Below are positions 60,371-64,000 of a DNA stretch of 64,000 bases, in pieces. Each line of letters opens with the position of its first letter. The stretch's first letter is position 1. A program made the position numbers and the translations under genes. Below the pieces are notes generated by a model. It was not told the origin of the DNA. It saw nothing but the letters and a program-made list of their open reading frames with translations, and did no database searches. Origin of the DNA: a virus (taxonomy: Duplodnaviria; Caudoviricetes). Where the stretch lies: IMG/VR virus record IMGVR_UViG_3300023170_000023, positions 60-64,059 of that record, one strand, 5' to 3'.

Positions 60371-61075
60371 ATGGCATTACCCAAACTTAATGATTCACCC
60401 AAATACACGATGACTATTCCTTCAACAGGGAAGAAAATTAAATTTAGACCTTACTTAGTAAAAGAAGAAAAAGTTCTTTTGATGGCGGTAGAGTCTCAGG
60501 ACATGAAAACTGGTCTTTCTGCAGTAGTGGACACAATTTCCGCATGTTGTCAAGATGAAATTAATGTCGATAGACTAACCACCTTTGATGTTGAATACAT
60601 GTTCACTCAAATGAGGGCAAAATCTTCGGGAGAATCCGTTAAGATAGGTTTGTCGTGTAAAAAGTGCGAACAATTAAATGAAGTAGATGTTACTTTAGAC
60701 GATTTGAAGGTCAATGTGCCGAAAGTAGAAAAAGTACATCCGTTGAATGATGAAATTACCATCGAATTACGATATCCTCCGTATAGCGTTTTTCTAGACA
60801 TGGATTTCGAAGATGGTGATGATGCGGAAAACACTTTTTTCATCGCAGGAAAGTGTATCGATGCAATTCAATATGACGATGAAAGAATTGAGTGTGATGA
60901 TGTGCCAACAGAAGAATTGACAGAGTTTTTAGAATCCATGACAAAAGAACAATTTAAAATCATCATGGACTTTGTCGAAACGATGCCAAAACTTGAGAAG
61001 AATGTAAAGTACGACTGTATTCATTGCAGTCACAAGAACACGTTAAAACTAGAGGGTATGCAAAGTTTTTTTTAA
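60371..61075 (+). CDS. gp26: Baseplate hub subunit gp26-like
   Basis: MALPKL...IPSTGKKIKFRPYLVKEEKVLL, FDVEYMFTQMRAKSSGE, two CxxC motifs; ends LEGMQSFF. Confidence 0.88.
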   Translation: MALPKLNDSPKYTMTIPSTGKKIKFRPYLVKEEKVLLMAVESQDMKTGLSAVVDTISACCQDEINVDRLTTFDVEYMFTQMRAKSSGESVKIGLSCKKCEQLNEVDVTLDDLKVNVPKVEKVHPLNDEITIELRYPPYSVFLDMDFEDGDDAENTFFIAGKCIDAIQYDDERIECDDVPTEELTEFLESMTKEQFKIIMDFVETMPKLEKNVKYDCIHCSHKNTLKLEGMQSFF

Positions 61076-61260
61076 TATGCCTTTCTCATGATACGTTAGT
61101 GAATCATTATAAGACTAACTTCGAGTTAATGTATAATGACAAATATTCGCTAACAGAGTTAAACGATATGATGCCATGGGAAAGGGAAATTTATTTAACC
61201 TTGCTTACTCAAAGAATAAAAGAAGAAAACGAGAGAAGAAAGAATGGCAAACATGGCTGA
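61067..61260 (+). CDS. gp51-like baseplate hub assembly protein (start uncertain; possibly a -1 frameshift extension of gp26)
   Basis: HDTLVNHYKTNFELM...KYSLTELNDMMPWEREIYL; no ATG precedes the conserved part. Confidence 0.7.
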
Positions 61261-62533
61261 TATTACATTAAGTCTCTCCGGGAGCAATTCCGGAGAAATG
61301 CTTAGTGAGATCGCAACTTGGAATGAACTCCAAACAGAGCAAAACCAAGAAACTCTCGATGTCTTAAAAGATATGAAAGATGTGATGGAGTTAGTATACT
61401 ATGAAATCGCAAGCATGTTCGAATCTTTGGCGAAGGGATTGCAATTTGCGAAACTACGATCCACTGATACCCCAGACGTTACCTCAAGATCACCATCGAG
61501 TCCTGCTAGTACAGATAATGATAGTGGATTTTCTCTTGCAGACTTTTTCAAAACATTAGCAGTAACCCTAACCAAATTCGTCACTATAATTCTTCCTGCC
61601 ATTCTTGCCGCACTTGGATTGTCTAATCTTGGTCTGACAGGATTAGAGTTCAAAGCATTAAAGGGAGTCAAAGAATTTTTCACTACGGAATGGTGGAAAA
61701 CTAAAACAACACAACTTGCAAATGTCATTAAAAACAATAAAGCGATTGTTGCGATAAAAGAATTTTTCGGTGAAGGAGGCAAAGGCGGTAAAGTAGGTGC
61801 AGTATTAGATGAGGTACTCAAACCTATTAAAGCATTTTTCTCCTTAGAGGGAGACGGTATTCTTGCCAAAGTGTTCCAAGGTTTAAAAGGGTTTGGTGGA
61901 GCATTCACTAAAGTATTAGGAAAAATTTTCTTCCCTATTAGTTTATTAATGTCTGCCTTTGATGGGTTCTTGGTTGCAAAAGAAGCATCAGCAGAAACTG
62001 ACGGTAACATAGTTTCTACTATCATAGGATTTATGGGAGGTTTCGCTGCCTCCTTCTTCGGTTCTCTTATAGATCTCATAAAGAGTGGTATTTCTTGGAT
62101 CTTAGAAAAAATATTTGGTGAAGGTAACCCGGTATCAGAGTTTCTCGATAGTTTTTCTGTGGCGGATATTATGATTGATGTTACTTTAGCACTTTCTAGA
62201 CTAGTCGATGAAATGTGGGAAGGTATTAAATCTTTAATACCCAGTTGGGATAGTATATCATCATTTTTCAGCGGAGACGATGACGAAGCAACACAAAACA
62301 TTCGTGCTAGACGAGATGAACTTGCTGCTAAACAAGAAGAAAAACGTTTAGCGTATATAGAAGAAGCAAATAAGAAATCTGCAGCAATGGATGCGGCGAA
62401 AGGAAACACTGTCATTGCTCCGAACAGCAGTACCACAAACGTATCAAATAATAATTCTAGTTTGACTCTAGGTTCTACACCAAACGCTAATAACGCATCT
62501 AATCGAAGGAAGCGTCAAAGAGGCGGCGGATAA
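61244..62533 (+). CDS. Putative tape-measure (gp29-like) protein
   Basis: Helical Ala/Gly/hydrophobic-rich sequence ending with NTVIAPNSSTTNVSNNN; follows gp26 and gp51-like genes. Confidence 0.6.
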   Translation: MANMADITLSLSGSNSGEMLSEIATWNELQTEQNQETLDVLKDMKDVMELVYYEIASMFESLAKGLQFAKLRSTDTPDVTSRSPSSPASTDNDSGFSLADFFKTLAVTLTKFVTIILPAILAALGLSNLGLTGLEFKALKGVKEFFTTEWWKTKTTQLANVIKNNKAIVAIKEFFGEGGKGGKVGAVLDEVLKPIKAFFSLEGDGILAKVFQGLKGFGGAFTKVLGKIFFPISLLMSAFDGFLVAKEASAETDGNIVSTIIGFMGGFAASFFGSLIDLIKSGISWILEKIFGEGNPVSEFLDSFSVADIMIDVTLALSRLVDEMWEGIKSLIPSWDSISSFFSGDDDEATQNIRARRDELAAKQEEKRLAYIEEANKKSAAMDAAKGNTVIAPNSSTTNVSNNNSSLTLGSTPNANNASNRRKRQRGGG

Positions 62534-62557
62534 AAAAAGGGCACCCGGAGGTGCCCT
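62532..62557 (-). terminator. Rho-independent terminator at the convergence with gp32
   Basis: Minus strand AGGGCACC-TCCG-GGTGCCCT followed by a T tract. Confidence 0.88.
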
Positions 62558-62643
62558 GTAATCGTTTTGGTGGTTTTAAGTGCATATCACAGCGAGACAC
62601 TGCACTCCCTTTGCGGGATACCCAAGGTGATTAACCCACTCGC

Positions 62644-63522
62644 TTAATCTTCTTCTGCTAACCTAGCAAAATAGGACATGGTGTCATCGTCATCATCAGA
62701 TGCGATAGAAGGTTCCGGAGCAGTCTTACGTGCAACAGGTTCTTCAATTTCTGCTAACTCAGGATGATACCCTTTGTTATTTGCTTCACCAAGAACCATC
62801 AATAGACGTGCTTGCAACTCGTCGTATGACTTGTAGTTCGCAGGATCAATAAACTCATTCAGATCGTAACACTTTTCGTAGATTTCTTCTAACTCTGCAT
62901 CGCTTTCAGACAGTTCAGAAGGTGCAGCAAATTCTGATTTATCGTAGTTGCGATATCCCTCAAACTTACGAATCTTCAGTTTGAAAGATGCACCGGACCA
63001 GAAGTCGAAAGGGTTCATTGGTTCTTCGTCCTGAAACTCAGGATTCATAACGTCCATGATTTTGTCATGGATTTTCTTACCATAGGTGAAGAGCATCACC
63101 TTACCTTCGTTTTCGGGGTTACCCGGATCTTGCTCGACGAGCACATTTGATACGTAGTGCAATCTACGCTTACGTTCACGTGCAATTTCTTTGTCACGAT
63201 CATCGCCAGAGTTCCACAGTTTGCTGTTTGCTTCAGAAACTGGGTCTTGTTGTCCAATAGAAGTCAAAGACTTCTCAATGTACCATTGACCAGTTGGACC
63301 CTTGAACCCATGATCCCAGTAGCGAACCCATGGGAGGTCGTTACCTTCAGGAGCAGGCAGGAATCGCAGAACGGCATAACCGTTTCCTGCTTTATCTACC
63401 GTGGGTTTCCATTGACGCTCATCGACATAAGACTTTGTTGCTGATTCCGTGGTAGGAGCAGCAGCAGAAACTAGACGTGAGATTTCGGATGCGCGATTGC
63501 GCTTTAATGCTTCAAAAGACAT
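62644..63522 (-). CDS. gp32: Single-stranded DNA-binding protein gp32
   Basis: DKAGNGYAVLRFLPA, HGFKGPTGQWYIEKSLTSIG, NPFDFWSGASFKLKIRK, YRNYDKSEF and an acidic tail. Confidence 0.96.
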   Translation of the reverse strand: MSFEALKRNRASEISRLVSAAAPTTESATKSYVDERQWKPTVDKAGNGYAVLRFLPAPEGNDLPWVRYWDHGFKGPTGQWYIEKSLTSIGQQDPVSEANSKLWNSGDDRDKEIARERKRRLHYVSNVLVEQDPGNPENEGKVMLFTYGKKIHDKIMDVMNPEFQDEEPMNPFDFWSGASFKLKIRKFEGYRNYDKSEFAAPSELSESDAELEEIYEKCYDLNEFIDPANYKSYDELQARLLMVLGEANNKGYHPELAEIEEPVARKTAPEPSIASDDDDDTMSYFARLAEED

Positions 63523-63594
63523 ATATTTTCCTTGTATTACAGTGTGTATTTTTGTATTTCAGTGTATTTCACAGAATTCATAATATAAGAGTAT

Positions 63595-63623
63595 ATAGTA
63601 TCAAAAAATATTAGACTTGTCAA
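63595..63623 (-). promoter_or_regulatory. Sigma70-type promoter TTGACA-N17-TACTAT for gp32
   Basis: TTGACA at 63623-63618, 17-nt spacer, TACTAT at 63600-63595. Confidence 0.78.
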
Positions 63624-63624
63624 G

Positions 63625-63861
63625 TTATTCTAACTCTAAACTATTATTCTTCTCTACCATAAGGTTTAACTTGATTGCCTCAGCTTCAAGTTTTGATTTG
63701 ATTGCAGGCGATATAAACTTTTTGATATCGTCGATTTCGATATTGTGTTCATTACAAATATCAATGATAGCATCTAGGTAAGAAATAGTTTTTTTCTTAA
63801 CTGTACTCTCAACCATTTTACTGAACTTACTTTTAGTAAGCATAAGACCATCTAAGTTCAT
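63625..63861 (-). CDS. gp33: Late promoter transcription accessory protein gp33
   Basis: FSKMVE...SYLDAIIDIC...ISPAIKSKLEAEAIKLNL; adjacent to gp32. Confidence 0.88.
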   Translation of the reverse strand: MNLDGLMLTKSKFSKMVESTVKKKTISYLDAIIDICNEHNIEIDDIKKFISPAIKSKLEAEAIKLNLMVEKNNSLELE

Positions 63862-64000
63862 ACTTCTGCCTCAAAATCTCCTTTCCAAACCATACCAATA
63901 TCTGGATAGTAATATCCGGGGGTTCTTTTAACTGTCCCGTCTGGGTTATAAGCAAGAGACTTTACAACCCACATCATCTTCTTTTCGCGGTTTTCGCCAA
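63858..64000 (-). CDS. Partial hypothetical protein (C-terminus only)
   Basis: Reads ...GENREKKMMWVVKSLAYNPDGTVKRTPGYYYPDIGMVWKGDFEAEV*; its TGA overlaps the gp33 ATG (ATGA). Confidence 0.65.
   Translation of the reverse strand, partial: GENREKKMMWVVKSLAYNPDGTVKRTPGYYYPDIGMVWKGDFEAEV

Noticed and set aside
61399-62436. 345-aa minus-strand ORF
   Set aside because: Fully antisense to the tape-measure-like gene in a coherent plus-strand operon; no recognisable motifs.
62560-62646. tRNA gene (region ends in ACCACCA)
   Set aside because: No T-loop (TTCRA), D-loop or canonical cloverleaf; kept only as a candidate structured RNA.
1-64000. Alternative genetic code or host assignment
   Set aside because: Genes translate full length with standard stops (TAA, TAG and TGA all used); no host-diagnostic genes are present.

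Overview
This is the virion-morphogenesis region of a large T4-like myovirus, probably aquatic; the host cannot be determined from this window. The minus strand runs from baseplate genes (gp48, gp53, gp27-like, a split gp5 locus, gp25, gp6, gp8, DUF4815) through a ~33 kb block of giant fibre/appendage genes and modifying enzymes, then neck gp13 and gp14, an extended gp15 and a relocated gp7-like gene. A plus-strand block (gp4, gp2, gp54-like, gp26, gp51-like, tape-measure-like) and gp32/gp33 close the window. T4 late promoters (TATAAATA) and two sigma70 promoters are visible. Top finding: the low-complexity region of the 2120-aa protein (32151..38513) is a peptide-level palindrome. About 53 units on the outgoing arm match the returning arm in reverse order by length, and FILD-type units pair with TNPT-type units around a GGP apex. 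This suggests a self-complementary antiparallel hairpin of ~550 residues per arm. The gene is flanked by glycosyltransferase, oxygenase and GNAT-like genes. Second: a 3524-aa protein carries 18 tandem C-x-R-D repeats resembling the bilin-attachment helix of phycobiliproteins. All calls come from reading motifs by eye; no database searches were run and counts are manual.
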